From: a virus
Taxonomy: Duplodnaviria > Caudoviricetes
Virus record (IMG/VR): IMGVR_UViG_3300040751_000875
Span: 1,623-65,622 of that record
DNA length: 64,000 bases
Direction: 5' to 3' (one strand)
The translations under genes and the position numbers were made by a program. The notes under the pieces were generated by a model, which ran no database searches, had not been told where the DNA came from, and saw nothing but the letters and a program-made list of their open reading frames with translations. Positions within the stretch are counted from its first letter, which is position 1. Every line of letters begins with the position of its first letter. Positions 54,001 to 64,000 of this stretch are shown here, in pieces.

Positions 54001-56522
54001 TGGCTGGAGATTCTCACTGGACAAATGATGTATCATCCCCTGGGTATGTTGAATTAACTGCATCTACTACTCGTAAGAGTAAAGAAAAATTAAGAATTGA
54101 TTCACTCATACCATCAGAGATACTAGAAAATTCAGAAGGTATAAAAAACCTATTAGAGGCATATTATACTTTTATGAATCTGGATGAATTTATTTATGCA
54201 GAGAATGAATCATTTGAAGATGTAGTACTTGATGGAAAAGCAGTATTTAGAATTTCAGATCCAAAAAATGAAAATGACGAATTCTTTACTGATGAACAAG
54301 GAGCAGATTCTACTTTACAAATTACAACAGCTTCGGGTTCAATAGTAAATATACCTCTTACTGATATTAATGTTAATATATCGAACGGTAATGAATTACC
54401 TGGGTCTTTGGCAAATTTAACTTCGGAAATAGGTAAAACATTTCAAGTTAATGGTCTTGATTCTTATAATGGGGGGACTGCAAGATTAACTACTCCTGTA
54501 AAACATTGGGTAGGCCCTGGGCCATCTCATGTAATGAATAATATTGAAAGGGCAATGGACATTGATTCTAATAGCCAAAAATATTTGGAGTTAATGCAAA
54601 AAGAAATCGCATCAGTAATTCCAAGGGATATTACAGTTAATAAAAGAAACCTTTATAAAAATATTATTGACTATTATAAGGTAAGGGGATCTGCAGATTC
54701 TATTGAAATCTTTTTCCGACTATTGTTTAACGATGAAGTGGAAGTACAATACCCATGGGATAAAACACTAATACCTTCATCTGGTAATTGGGATGTAAAT
54801 CCTGCACTACCAAGGGGTGGTCAGTATCTGGATAATAAAGGCCAATTATCTAACGTAATTCGATTACAAGATTCATTACGATACCAAAAATTCTCATATC
54901 TGATTAGAACAGGGCAGAACGTTTCTACTTGGGAAAATGTATTTAATAGATTAGTACACCCTGCTGGATTTAAATTCTTTGGAGAAATTCTAATGATTAT
55001 AGAATTATCCAAAGCAATATTAGGTGAAGATACTACAGAAGGTGATACATTAATTCGTAAAGTACTCTCAGCAATGCCAGACAGACAACCTGGTGCAATT
55101 GGCTTAGAGGACATCCCATTACTCGTACAAATGTTTGCTTCAGTGTTCTTACCATCCATACAAGGTAAAATACATAAACATGGAGCAATTGCACTAAGCA
55201 TTAATAATGGTGTAATTACTACGGTAAATATAACTAATCCGGGAAGTGGATATTTAACTTCTCCAACAATTAGTTCAACAGATCTTGGTGTACCTGCAGG
55301 ACATACTCCTGCTACATTTACTACGACATTGTTAAATGGTGGTATTGATAGTATAACAATATCCAATGGTGGTAAAGATTTCCAAAGTCCATCAGTAACT
55401 GCAGCTGCACCACCTCCAATTATATTTGATGGTAGTACTGCTCCAATAGTGGATGTGACTAACGATACAATTTTACTTACTACAGAACAACAAGAGGCGC
55501 TCCCTCCAGGATCACAAGTAACTTATGATTCGGGTGGTGGTACATCAATTGGTGGTTTAGTATCAGGTAATCAATATTATGTATTGTCATCTGCAGCTGG
55601 ATTAATTACCCTATCAGCAACAAGTGGTGGGTCTATTATTAATATTACATCTGTAGGTAGTGGGACAACTCATTCATTTACAGGTACTACTGCCACATTT
55701 ACTGCCTCTAAAACGGATGGTCAAATAGGTGGTGTAGAAATTAGAGATGCTGGTTTTGGATATACCTCTGCTCCTACCATTACCGTTAACGGACAACCAA
55801 CAAGTGGTAATACTCTTACTACTGCAACTATTACAATAGGTATCGACTCTAAGGGCAGATTAGAAATTGATACAGTTAATATAACGAATCCGGGTGCAAA
55901 CTATGCATCTGCATTTGGAAATGTAGCGGCTAACCCTAATGCTGGTTCATTGGCCTCTATAGAAATTGCTGGAGGTGCAGATAAAAATTATAGAACTGCT
56001 CCTTCGATTATTGTATCAGAACCTACTGCAACAGATGCCGATGGTGTCTTACTATCTTCTAACGTACAGGCAACTGCTAATTTCACAATCGCGCCTGATA
56101 ATATACTATATACTGCACAAGAGGAAACAGATGATTTAGCATTACCAGAAGGAGAAAGAATTGGTGCAATTGAGGGTAATATTAAAATACATAAAGGAGA
56201 AATAACTGGAGTACAAATTCCTACTCCTGGATCTGGCTATACTGCTGATCCAATTTTAAGAATCGACTCAAATGCAAATAATGAGATTAGAGGAAAGGAT
56301 CTTAGACCAATCCTCATTTTATATCTTAACCATTTGCTAGACAGATCAAGAACTCAACCTGACAATAATTATTTTAATTTAAAAGGTAATACATATCTTG
56401 ATTCAACTAAGAAGTTTGATTTTAACGAGAGGATAGAGGTATTTGGAGACGTACAAATCCAAAGTACTGATACAACCAATATAAATAAATATAATGTGAA
56501 TTCTTTTATTCATACTAATTAA
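54000..56522 (+). CDS. Baseplate wedge initiator gp7-like
   Basis: YYKVRGS..SI..FFRLLF, QDS..YQ.FSY, VHPAGFK.FG; I.NPGSGY repeats. Confidence 0.8.
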   Translation: MAGDSHWTNDVSSPGYVELTASTTRKSKEKLRIDSLIPSEILENSEGIKNLLEAYYTFMNLDEFIYAENESFEDVVLDGKAVFRISDPKNENDEFFTDEQGADSTLQITTASGSIVNIPLTDINVNISNGNELPGSLANLTSEIGKTFQVNGLDSYNGGTARLTTPVKHWVGPGPSHVMNNIERAMDIDSNSQKYLELMQKEIASVIPRDITVNKRNLYKNIIDYYKVRGSADSIEIFFRLLFNDEVEVQYPWDKTLIPSSGNWDVNPALPRGGQYLDNKGQLSNVIRLQDSLRYQKFSYLIRTGQNVSTWENVFNRLVHPAGFKFFGEILMIIELSKAILGEDTTEGDTLIRKVLSAMPDRQPGAIGLEDIPLLVQMFASVFLPSIQGKIHKHGAIALSINNGVITTVNITNPGSGYLTSPTISSTDLGVPAGHTPATFTTTLLNGGIDSITISNGGKDFQSPSVTAAAPPPIIFDGSTAPIVDVTNDTILLTTEQQEALPPGSQVTYDSGGGTSIGGLVSGNQYYVLSSAAGLITLSATSGGSIINITSVGSGTTHSFTGTTATFTASKTDGQIGGVEIRDAGFGYTSAPTITVNGQPTSGNTLTTATITIGIDSKGRLEIDTVNITNPGANYASAFGNVAANPNAGSLASIEIAGGADKNYRTAPSIIVSEPTATDADGVLLSSNVQATANFTIAPDNILYTAQEETDDLALPEGERIGAIEGNIKIHKGEITGVQIPTPGSGYTADPILRIDSNANNEIRGKDLRPILILYLNHLLDRSRTQPDNNYFNLKGNTYLDSTKKFDFNERIEVFGDVQIQSTDTTNINKYNVNSFIHTN

Positions 56523-56536
56523 TAGGAAATAGAAAA

Positions 56537-57940
56537 ATGACTGCAATAGTAACATCAAATTTTAGGGTAGTAAATGCCGAAAATTTTAAGGAAGATGTCG
56601 CTGATGCTAATACCAGTGTATATGTGGGAATTGGTAAATCTGATGTTTGGTCTTTAACAACATCAGATACAACCGATACTACACCATTTACTCCGGTTGA
56701 TGCATTAGACGGCTTAGGTGAGGCATACCAAAACATGATTGGTATGAAATTAATAGGAGCGGCAGATATCTCGCATGTAGTGCCAAGATACACTTGGGCA
56801 TCAGATACGAGTTATTATGCATGGGATTCTGATGATGGTTCAATCTTCGATAAGAAATTCTATATTGTAACCTCAGAATTTAAGGTTTATAAGTGTATTA
56901 AGGCAGGTGGTTCAGTATCTACTGTTCAACCTACTCAAACTCTTACTGATCCTCAGGCAGAATCGGATGGATATATTTGGAAATATATGTATACCATTTC
57001 TGTTGCAGATGCAGAGAAATTTTTAACCAATTCTTATATGCCAGTTAAAACAGTAGATCCTAGAGCAGGAGGGCAGTCATCCGATTACTCTAGTGATAGT
57101 ACTGCAGAGGCCGCATTATCTGAGGCAGATTATGCACAATATCTAAACCAAAAGGCTTCAGTACAGTCAACTACAGCCGCTGGTATTGAAAGAATTGAAG
57201 TAACAGACGGAGGTACCTATTCCGTAACACCTACTGTTACTATTTCTGGAGATGGAACAGGCGCTACTGCTACAGCAGTTATGAGTGGTAGTGGATCTAA
57301 CCAAACTGTTGCAAGTATCACAGTAAATAATAAAGGCACTAATTATACAGTTGCTGACATTACTTTCAGTTCTGGAGATGCAGCTGCAAGAGCAGTTATT
57401 GCACCCGAACTTGGACATGGCACTCAACCTATTAAGGAATTGGGAGCATTCTTTATTGGTCTTAATACTCAATTAACTGGTACTGAAAATAATGACCTTA
57501 CAGTAGGTAATGATTTCAGACAGGTTACACTTATTAGAAATCCAAAATTATATGGCCCAGGTGCAGTAGCAACTGCAAGTACTCTTAAGGCATTAAAATA
57601 TTTGGACTTTTCTAGTGGTGTTACAGTAACAGATTATCAAGTTGATGAATTAATTGTTGGAGGTACATCAGGTGCACAGGCATATGTTGTAGAAATTGAT
57701 TCTGGTTCTGGATATATCTATTATCATCAGAATTCAAAAACTGGTTATAAGGCATTCCAAAGCGGAGAGACTATTACAGGACAAACAAGTAATACTGCAG
57801 GAGCACTAGAAAGTTCTAATGCATTAGGTACTCCTGAAGTGCATCCTGGTACAGGAGATATTATGTTCTTGGAGAATAGAAACCCTATTAATAGAACAAC
57901 TACACAGATTGAAGATATTAAAGTTATTATTGAATTCTAA
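56537..57940 (+). CDS. Baseplate wedge subunit gp8
   Basis: AIVT..FR..NA, VPRY.W, VYKCI, DGYIWKYMY, ENR.PI.R...Q.EDIK.IIEF. Confidence 0.9.
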   Translation: MTAIVTSNFRVVNAENFKEDVADANTSVYVGIGKSDVWSLTTSDTTDTTPFTPVDALDGLGEAYQNMIGMKLIGAADISHVVPRYTWASDTSYYAWDSDDGSIFDKKFYIVTSEFKVYKCIKAGGSVSTVQPTQTLTDPQAESDGYIWKYMYTISVADAEKFLTNSYMPVKTVDPRAGGQSSDYSSDSTAEAALSEADYAQYLNQKASVQSTTAAGIERIEVTDGGTYSVTPTVTISGDGTGATATAVMSGSGSNQTVASITVNNKGTNYTVADITFSSGDAAARAVIAPELGHGTQPIKELGAFFIGLNTQLTGTENNDLTVGNDFRQVTLIRNPKLYGPGAVATASTLKALKYLDFSSGVTVTDYQVDELIVGGTSGAQAYVVEIDSGSGYIYYHQNSKTGYKAFQSGETITGQTSNTAGALESSNALGTPEVHPGTGDIMFLENRNPINRTTTQIEDIKVIIEF

Positions 57941-57979
57941 TATACATATTAGTGTATTACTAAAAAGAGAAAGGACAAC

Positions 57980-60900
57980 ATGAGCACAACTACAATCAAA
58001 AATTATTCTATAGCGCCCTATTATGATGACTTTGATGAAACAAAGAATTATCATAGGATTCTATATCGTCCTGGGTATGCAGTACAAGCAAGAGAACTTA
58101 CTCAAATGCAAACTGCACTTCAGGCGCAACTTGATAGATTTGGCCAGTATGCCTTCAAACATGGCTCCAGGGTTGTAGGGGGTAAAGTAACGGTTAATAC
58201 CGAATATGACTTTATTAAAATAGATTCGGCATTTACACATACAGTAGGCGGTACACTTAATTCAGATGGTTATCTTTCTAATTTTGTGGGTACTACTATT
58301 ACCGGTTCTGCTAGTTCGGGCACTCAACTTAAAGCTAAAGTTATTGCAATAGTTGCATCTGATGGTTCTGACCCAAACACTCTTTATATAAAGTATATCA
58401 ATAAGGGTGGATCGAATAGAAACATTGCTACATTTGCAGCAGGTGAAGAATTCCAAAGTGATGGATCGACCACATATTACGGTAAAGTACAAAGCACAGG
58501 AACTCCCACCGGACAGGGATCCAGTGCAAATATAGAAGAAGGTGTTTACTTTATTTCTGGTACATTTATTTATGTTCCAGCCGCTTCTCTAATTTTAGAC
58601 AAATATACTAATACTCCATCATATACAGTAGGTCTTAATGTCTCTGAGACAATCGTTGATACCGATGTTGATGTAACACTTAAAGATAATGCGCAAGGTA
58701 CTCCTAACGAGGCTGCACCTGGCGCGACAAGATATAAAATTTCAACAACTCTTGTTAAAGAATCTCTCACAAATCTTAATAGTTCAAACACAAATTATGT
58801 AACTCTTTTAAGAATTGAAAATGGAATTACACAAGTTGATAAGACAGATGCAACAAATGTAAGTACTGAATTATCTAAAAGATTGGCCAGAAGAACATTT
58901 GAAGAATCTGGTAACTATGCAGTTAAACCATATCAGTTGGATATTAAAGAGCATCTTGACGACGGCACTAATAACGGATATTTAATAAGTGCTAACGGCG
59001 GTGATGCTGCTAAACTTGCAATAGGTGTTGAACCTGGGGTGTCTTATGTACAAGGTTTTAGAAATGAAAATATTGCTACAAAATATATCATTATTGATAA
59101 ACCCAGAGATGCTTCAGATTCTATTAACATTGATGCTAATGCAAATGTTGCAACACCTGTAGGTAATTATGTAAGAGTTACAGAATCAAGTATTACTGGA
59201 GTTCCAGATTTATCTACGTTTACTCCAATGGATTTATATAGTGGCCCTAATCAAACTGGTTCTACTGTTGGTGCTGCACGTGTAAGAGCCATGGAAAAAA
59301 TCGGTAATGAAATTCGATTACATTTATTTGATATTGCCATGGCAAATGGAGACTTTAGTGCAGTAGAAAGCTTTCAACAAACTGCGGCTAATGGAATTAA
59401 TTTTAAAGGTAATATTTCAGATGCAACTGCATTAAGATTTGATATTGGTAATAATGGTTTAGTATTTAAACTTCCATATACTGCCATTAATACCCTTTAT
59501 AACGGATCTGCAAATACTACTGAATACACAGTAAAAAGAGATTTTAGTACAACCGTAACATCTAACCAATGTACTATTAGTATACCTTTAGGTGAAGGCC
59601 ATTTTACAAATGTAAATACTGCAACAATGATTTCGGTTGGTACTACTGTACTTGATACAACTCCTACCTTTGTGGGTAGTAGCAATGACGGTGTTACCTC
59701 ATTAACCTTCTCAGTATCTGCAGCTAATGGTACTGCAGTTCGTGCTCTTGCAGATGTAGAGGTTGATGGTTCGGACAAAGTACAGAAAGAAAAACTTAGA
59801 CAAAATAATGCTGTAGTAACAAACCAAGTAGTAAACCCTGACGGAATTTCTTATAATTTAAATAAGGCAGATATTATTAGAATTGTTAGTGTAGTAGATG
59901 CAACAGGTACTGACGTAACTGAGAGATTTACTCTTGACAATGGCCAAAGAGACAACTTTTATGACACTGGTAAGATTATAAAGAATGCTGGTACATCACC
60001 AGTATCTGGTAACCTCACTATTACCTTTGATTATTATACACATGGTGCAGGAGATTACTTTACCGTTGACTCATATCCACCTGCAGACTATGATAGTATT
60101 CCTACATTTAACTCTGCCCAAGGTCTTGTAGAATTAAGAGATTGTATAGACTTTAGACCAAGAAAGGCAGATACAGTAAATGACTTTACAAGTACCGGTG
60201 CGGCACTTTCTTTTGCACCGGATCCTTCTCATGCAATTTCAATGTTCATTAAATATTATATGCCTAGAATTGACAAATTATATATTACAAAAGAAGGCGA
60301 AATTAAAACTGAAAAAGGTGTACCATCTGATAATCCTAAGGCTCCTGCAGCACCGGATGATTCGATGGGATTATATGACTTAAAACTTGCCCCATACGTA
60401 TTTGACGTAGGTGATGTTATTCCTAGACTTATTGATAATAAAAGATACACCATGCGAGATATTGGTGCTATTGATAAGAGAGTCAAGAACCTAGAATATT
60501 ATACATCACTTTCTTTATTGGAACAACAAGCGGCAAATACTCAATTATTTGATAGTGGTAATTTTAGTAGAACAAAGAACGGATTTGTTGTAGATGGATT
60601 TAGAGGCCATAATGTTGGCGATACTGCTAATCCAGATTATGAAATTGCCATAGATAAATCAACTGGTACTTTAAGACCTAAATTCGATGAAAGAAATATT
60701 AATTTAATTCGTAAACCAGGAGATACTGGAACCGTAGTACAGAATGCATCTTTATGCACACTACCACATACAACTGCTAATTATATTAATCAGCCATATT
60801 CATCTGTTGCTGTTAATGTGAATCCTTATAATGTATTTACTTGGAGTGGTATGATTACACTATCACCCGAATCCGATGAATGGAAAGAAACTGATGTTAG

Positions 60901-63187
60901 GCCAGATGTTATTATTAATGACGAGGGCTTATATGATCAATTCGTGGCCATGGCAGAAGAAACTGGTATATTAGGAACAGTATGGAACGAATGGGAAACA
61001 AATTGGACTGGAGTTGAAACCGACGTAAGTGTTGAAAGAATTACTGGAGGTGGTCGTGGTGGTGATTTCTGGTGGGATTTTGGTGAAGAACAACGAGGAA
61101 GATTTAGAGCACCTGGCCGTGGTGGTAGATTAGGAACTCAAACAACTACTGCAGTAACTGTTACTGAACAACAATCAAGGACTGGTCTTACTACTTCTAT
61201 TTCAGCCGATACGGTTAATAAAGAATTAGGGTCTAAGGTAGTAGAAGTCAACTTCGTGCCATTTATGAGATCAAGAAAGATTTACTTTAAAGCAGAGTTA
61301 CTAAAACCTGATACTAAAGTTTATCCATTCTTTAATAATACTGATGTTTCAACATATTGTAGAGAAGAAACTTTCCAAGAATTTTCCGGAAGAACAGACG
61401 TGGTAACATATGAAGGTGCGACTACTCACCCAGCTGGAAGTACAGCATTGATATCAGATTCAACAGGTAGAATCGAGGGGTCGTTTGTAATACCTAGAAA
61501 TAGTTCCTTAAGATTTAAAACAGGAACAAGAACATTTAAATTAACTGATTCTCCTACAAATAATTCTAGCGATGGTAGTGAAACAACTTTTGCAGAAGCG
61601 CAATTCCATGCAGAAGGTCTAATCGAGTCAGTACAAAAAGAAATTCTATCTACTAAGGTTCCATCATTCGTGACTACGGAATTAAACGCCAGTAGAACAA
61701 TAGTAGACACAACAGTAAGTACACGAACTGAATGGGTAGATCCACTTGCCCAGACATTCTTAATTGATACAGATGGTGGTATATTCTGTAAGTCTCTTAA
61801 TTTATATTTTAATACCAAAGACCCATTAATTCCTGTGAGGGTAAGCATCAGGTCAGTAGAGAATGGTATTCCTACTCAAAAGATTGTCCCAGGTGCCGAT
61901 AAAGTAGTTTATCCATCTAGTGTTAATACAAGTTCGGATGCATCTGCAGCAACTACAATTACATTTGATCATCCTATTTACTTGGCTCAAAACCAAGAAT
62001 ACGCAATTGTTATTATGGCACAGTCTGATAATTATGAGGCATGGGTTGCTGAGATGGGCGGATTTGATAAGACAAACCCAAATAATAGAATTACAAAACA
62101 ACCATACGGTGGTGTATTCTTTACTTCACAGAACGCTTCTACATGGACTCCAGAACAAAGTAGAGACCTTAAATTTACATTAGAAAGATGTGTCTTTAGT
62201 GGATCAGGTGGTGAATTAAACTTAGTGCATGATAGTGTTCCTGCAAGACTTTTACCTCTTAACCCTATGTCAACTACTAGTGGTAGTGGAGTAATTACAG
62301 TACAGCACAAAAACCATGGTATGCAAAATGCAAATAATCCTATAGTGGTAATTAGTGGTGCAGCTGCATTTAATGGAATAGCCGCGGAAAATATTAATGG
62401 TAGTCACTCAATTACTAGTGTAACACATGATACTTATCAGTTTACTGCAAGTAATTCAGATACTGCTAGTGCAACAGGTTCTGGAGGTGGTTCAGGAGTT
62501 TATGCTACAGAAAATCAACAAATGGATGTAGTAAGACCAGTTATTCAGGCATTGGCAGTTCCAGGGACAAACATTAGATACTTCATGACACCGTATAGTG
62601 AAACAGAAGTTGCATCGACAGAAGGAGAAGTACTTGCAAATCAGAACGTGACATTTGCAACACCAAAATCAATTGCTTCTAATGCAAACTCAAGTACAAA
62701 AACATTTAATTTGAGATGTGTGTTTAATACAACCAAAGATACTATATCACCTATTATTGATATGAACAGAACATCATTATTCTGTATTCAAAATAGAATT
62801 ATTGATAATACAGTAGGTGATGAATTGTCTTCAACTGGCGGTAACCAATTGGCAAGATATATAACTAAGAAAGTAGAACTTGCCGAAGAGGCCGATAAGA
62901 TTGATGTATTTATTAATGTTAATAGACCAAGATCTGCAGCAGTTGACTTATACTGGAGAGTATTAGAAGGTGGTTCAAGTGTGGAAATTGCTGATAAATC
63001 GTGGACTGCTGCCACTCCAAATGAGGCAATTCAAGTAAATGATAACCCATCTGTATTTAAAGAGGTGCAATATTCAATTGATCCTACAGGAAGTTTTGGT
63101 ACTATGCAATTTAAAATCGTGCTTCGATCCAGCAATAGTTCAACAGTACCTTTAGTGAAAGATTTTAGAGCAATTGCATCAACATAG
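57980..63187 (+). CDS. Large virion structural protein (VrlC / DUF4815-like)
   Basis: PYYDDFD..K.Y.RIL.RPG.AVQARELTQ.Q, LARRT.EESG.Y, RYTMRDIG, DPLAQTF. Confidence 0.85.
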   Translation: MSTTTIKNYSIAPYYDDFDETKNYHRILYRPGYAVQARELTQMQTALQAQLDRFGQYAFKHGSRVVGGKVTVNTEYDFIKIDSAFTHTVGGTLNSDGYLSNFVGTTITGSASSGTQLKAKVIAIVASDGSDPNTLYIKYINKGGSNRNIATFAAGEEFQSDGSTTYYGKVQSTGTPTGQGSSANIEEGVYFISGTFIYVPAASLILDKYTNTPSYTVGLNVSETIVDTDVDVTLKDNAQGTPNEAAPGATRYKISTTLVKESLTNLNSSNTNYVTLLRIENGITQVDKTDATNVSTELSKRLARRTFEESGNYAVKPYQLDIKEHLDDGTNNGYLISANGGDAAKLAIGVEPGVSYVQGFRNENIATKYIIIDKPRDASDSINIDANANVATPVGNYVRVTESSITGVPDLSTFTPMDLYSGPNQTGSTVGAARVRAMEKIGNEIRLHLFDIAMANGDFSAVESFQQTAANGINFKGNISDATALRFDIGNNGLVFKLPYTAINTLYNGSANTTEYTVKRDFSTTVTSNQCTISIPLGEGHFTNVNTATMISVGTTVLDTTPTFVGSSNDGVTSLTFSVSAANGTAVRALADVEVDGSDKVQKEKLRQNNAVVTNQVVNPDGISYNLNKADIIRIVSVVDATGTDVTERFTLDNGQRDNFYDTGKIIKNAGTSPVSGNLTITFDYYTHGAGDYFTVDSYPPADYDSIPTFNSAQGLVELRDCIDFRPRKADTVNDFTSTGAALSFAPDPSHAISMFIKYYMPRIDKLYITKEGEIKTEKGVPSDNPKAPAAPDDSMGLYDLKLAPYVFDVGDVIPRLIDNKRYTMRDIGAIDKRVKNLEYYTSLSLLEQQAANTQLFDSGNFSRTKNGFVVDGFRGHNVGDTANPDYEIAIDKSTGTLRPKFDERNINLIRKPGDTGTVVQNASLCTLPHTTANYINQPYSSVAVNVNPYNVFTWSGMITLSPESDEWKETDVRPDVIINDEGLYDQFVAMAEETGILGTVWNEWETNWTGVETDVSVERITGGGRGGDFWWDFGEEQRGRFRAPGRGGRLGTQTTTAVTVTEQQSRTGLTTSISADTVNKELGSKVVEVNFVPFMRSRKIYFKAELLKPDTKVYPFFNNTDVSTYCREETFQEFSGRTDVVTYEGATTHPAGSTALISDSTGRIEGSFVIPRNSSLRFKTGTRTFKLTDSPTNNSSDGSETTFAEAQFHAEGLIESVQKEILSTKVPSFVTTELNASRTIVDTTVSTRTEWVDPLAQTFLIDTDGGIFCKSLNLYFNTKDPLIPVRVSIRSVENGIPTQKIVPGADKVVYPSSVNTSSDASAATTITFDHPIYLAQNQEYAIVIMAQSDNYEAWVAEMGGFDKTNPNNRITKQPYGGVFFTSQNASTWTPEQSRDLKFTLERCVFSGSGGELNLVHDSVPARLLPLNPMSTTSGSGVITVQHKNHGMQNANNPIVVISGAAAFNGIAAENINGSHSITSVTHDTYQFTASNSDTASATGSGGGSGVYATENQQMDVVRPVIQALAVPGTNIRYFMTPYSETEVASTEGEVLANQNVTFATPKSIASNANSSTKTFNLRCVFNTTKDTISPIIDMNRTSLFCIQNRIIDNTVGDELSSTGGNQLARYITKKVELAEEADKIDVFINVNRPRSAAVDLYWRVLEGGSSVEIADKSWTAATPNEAIQVNDNPSVFKEVQYSIDPTGSFGTMQFKIVLRSSNSSTVPLVKDFRAIAST

Positions 63188-63195
63188 GAATTATT

Positions 63196-63399
63196 ATGCC
63201 AAGAATTAAGAAAATAAAAGACAATCCTGACTTAATTAAGGATACCACTTCTCAAGCAGTTATAAATACTAATAGAACTGCAATACAGGCTAGAAGAGCA
63301 CAACTTGCTGTTAATAAAGAAAGAGAGCAAGAATTACAGTTAATAAAAGATGATATTGCAGAGATCAAATCATTGTTAAAAAAGTTAGGTAGCAAATAA
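63196..63399 (+). CDS. Small hypothetical structural-region protein
   Basis: L.KD..S.AVIN, DIAEIKSLL. Confidence 0.7.
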   Translation: MPRIKKIKDNPDLIKDTTSQAVINTNRTAIQARRAQLAVNKEREQELQLIKDDIAEIKSLLKKLGSK

Positions 63400-64000
63400 T
63401 GGCCAATAAAGAAACAAGAGTATTAAAGTCAAATACCTTTGAGGAATTTAGACAGAAGTCTAATGAGGTATCTTTACATTTAGGTGACAACGAACAATTA
63501 AATGCATCTCTCAAAGATAAAACATTTAATTATGATAATGTTAGTGCAGGTAGTACATTATTTGATGGCCTAGATGATAATACAAAATCTGTATTGTTTG
63601 AAATTAAACCTGAAGAAACTCTGGACAATACTGGCGGATATATTATACTTACAGGTTCTCCATCTGTTTCAGGATTCGATGCAGGAATTACTTTAACACA
63701 AAGTGGTGGTTATAGTGCGACTATTGTGTCTTCATCTACTACTAAAATTCTCGTAAAGAATTCAACAGGTACATTTAATACTTCACAAGACCTTACAGCT
63801 GGTACAGATACTATTAGTTCTTCAAATGTTGCAAGAATTATTGCAGAGGCATATCCGGTTGGTGTGGTTAGGGTTTATGTTAATGGAACAGAAATAAACC
63901 AAGACCTCAATGCTGGTGGTTTCCACGTTGCAAATAATAGTGGATATATTAATCTTTCAAATAATCCTACTATTACAGACTTTATAGAAGGTTCTACAAT
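63399..64000 (+). CDS. Partial tail fibre/baseplate protein (runs off window)
   Basis: ATG 63399, MANKETRVLKSNTFEEFRQKSNE; TFEEFRQK.N is typical of T4-like fibre N-termini. Confidence 0.7.
   Translation, partial: MANKETRVLKSNTFEEFRQKSNEVSLHLGDNEQLNASLKDKTFNYDNVSAGSTLFDGLDDNTKSVLFEIKPEETLDNTGGYIILTGSPSVSGFDAGITLTQSGGYSATIVSSSTTKILVKNSTGTFNTSQDLTAGTDTISSSNVARIIAEAYPVGVVRVYVNGTEINQDLNAGGFHVANNSGYINLSNNPTITDFIEGST

Noticed and set aside
54821-63015. Many minus-strand ORFs inside baseplate genes
   Set aside because: Shadow ORFs caused by codon bias; no promoters, RBSs or motifs
1187-63268. Intragenic TATAAATA copies (e.g. 1187, 5415, 15944, 33067, 39984, 56480, 63261)
   Set aside because: The 8-mer arises by chance in AT-rich DNA; only well-placed copies were called, although some of these may be real
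1-64000. tRNA/rRNA genes, IS elements, stop-codon recoding
   Set aside because: No cloverleaf or transposase seen; core genes are full-length in the standard code

Overview
A 64 kb AT-rich segment of a large T4-like myophage genome, probably aquatic/marine with a Gram-negative proteobacterial host (host is inferred). Left to right: (1) about 0.1-8.2 kb, mostly uncharacterised genes, many starting with a T4 capsid-targeting-like peptide (MKSFxEY..E), including a KxDG ligase-like protein, a nucleotidyltransferase and a P-loop kinase; (2) a spanin pair and a class-3 lipase; (3) nucleotide metabolism, repair and auxiliary genes (nrdA/nrdB, glutaredoxin, RNase H, DenV-like, PhoH, exonuclease, peroxiredoxin, HAD phosphatases, DNA ligase); (4) an adhesin-like gene, lysozyme and a late-promoter-preceded curli-like secretion/signalling cluster (CsgF, CsgG, two curlin-like proteins, FecR protein, CHASE2 adenylate cyclase); (5) early genes behind near-consensus sigma70 promoters; (6) gp33, gp59, gp32; (7) tail/baseplate genes (tape-measure-like, gp51/gp26, gp54-like, gp2, gp4, gp48, gp53, hub, gp5, gp25, gp6-8, VrlC-like). 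No tRNA, rRNA, CRISPR array or IS element was seen. Best leads: the curli/FecR/cyclase operon, a possible capsid-packaged RNA-repair enzyme set, a hairpin whose loop is antisense to the phage's own early RBSs, a candidate -1 frameshift joining gp26 and gp51, and a dual-coded overlap in the cyclase gene. All assignments are from motif recognition by eye; no searches were run.
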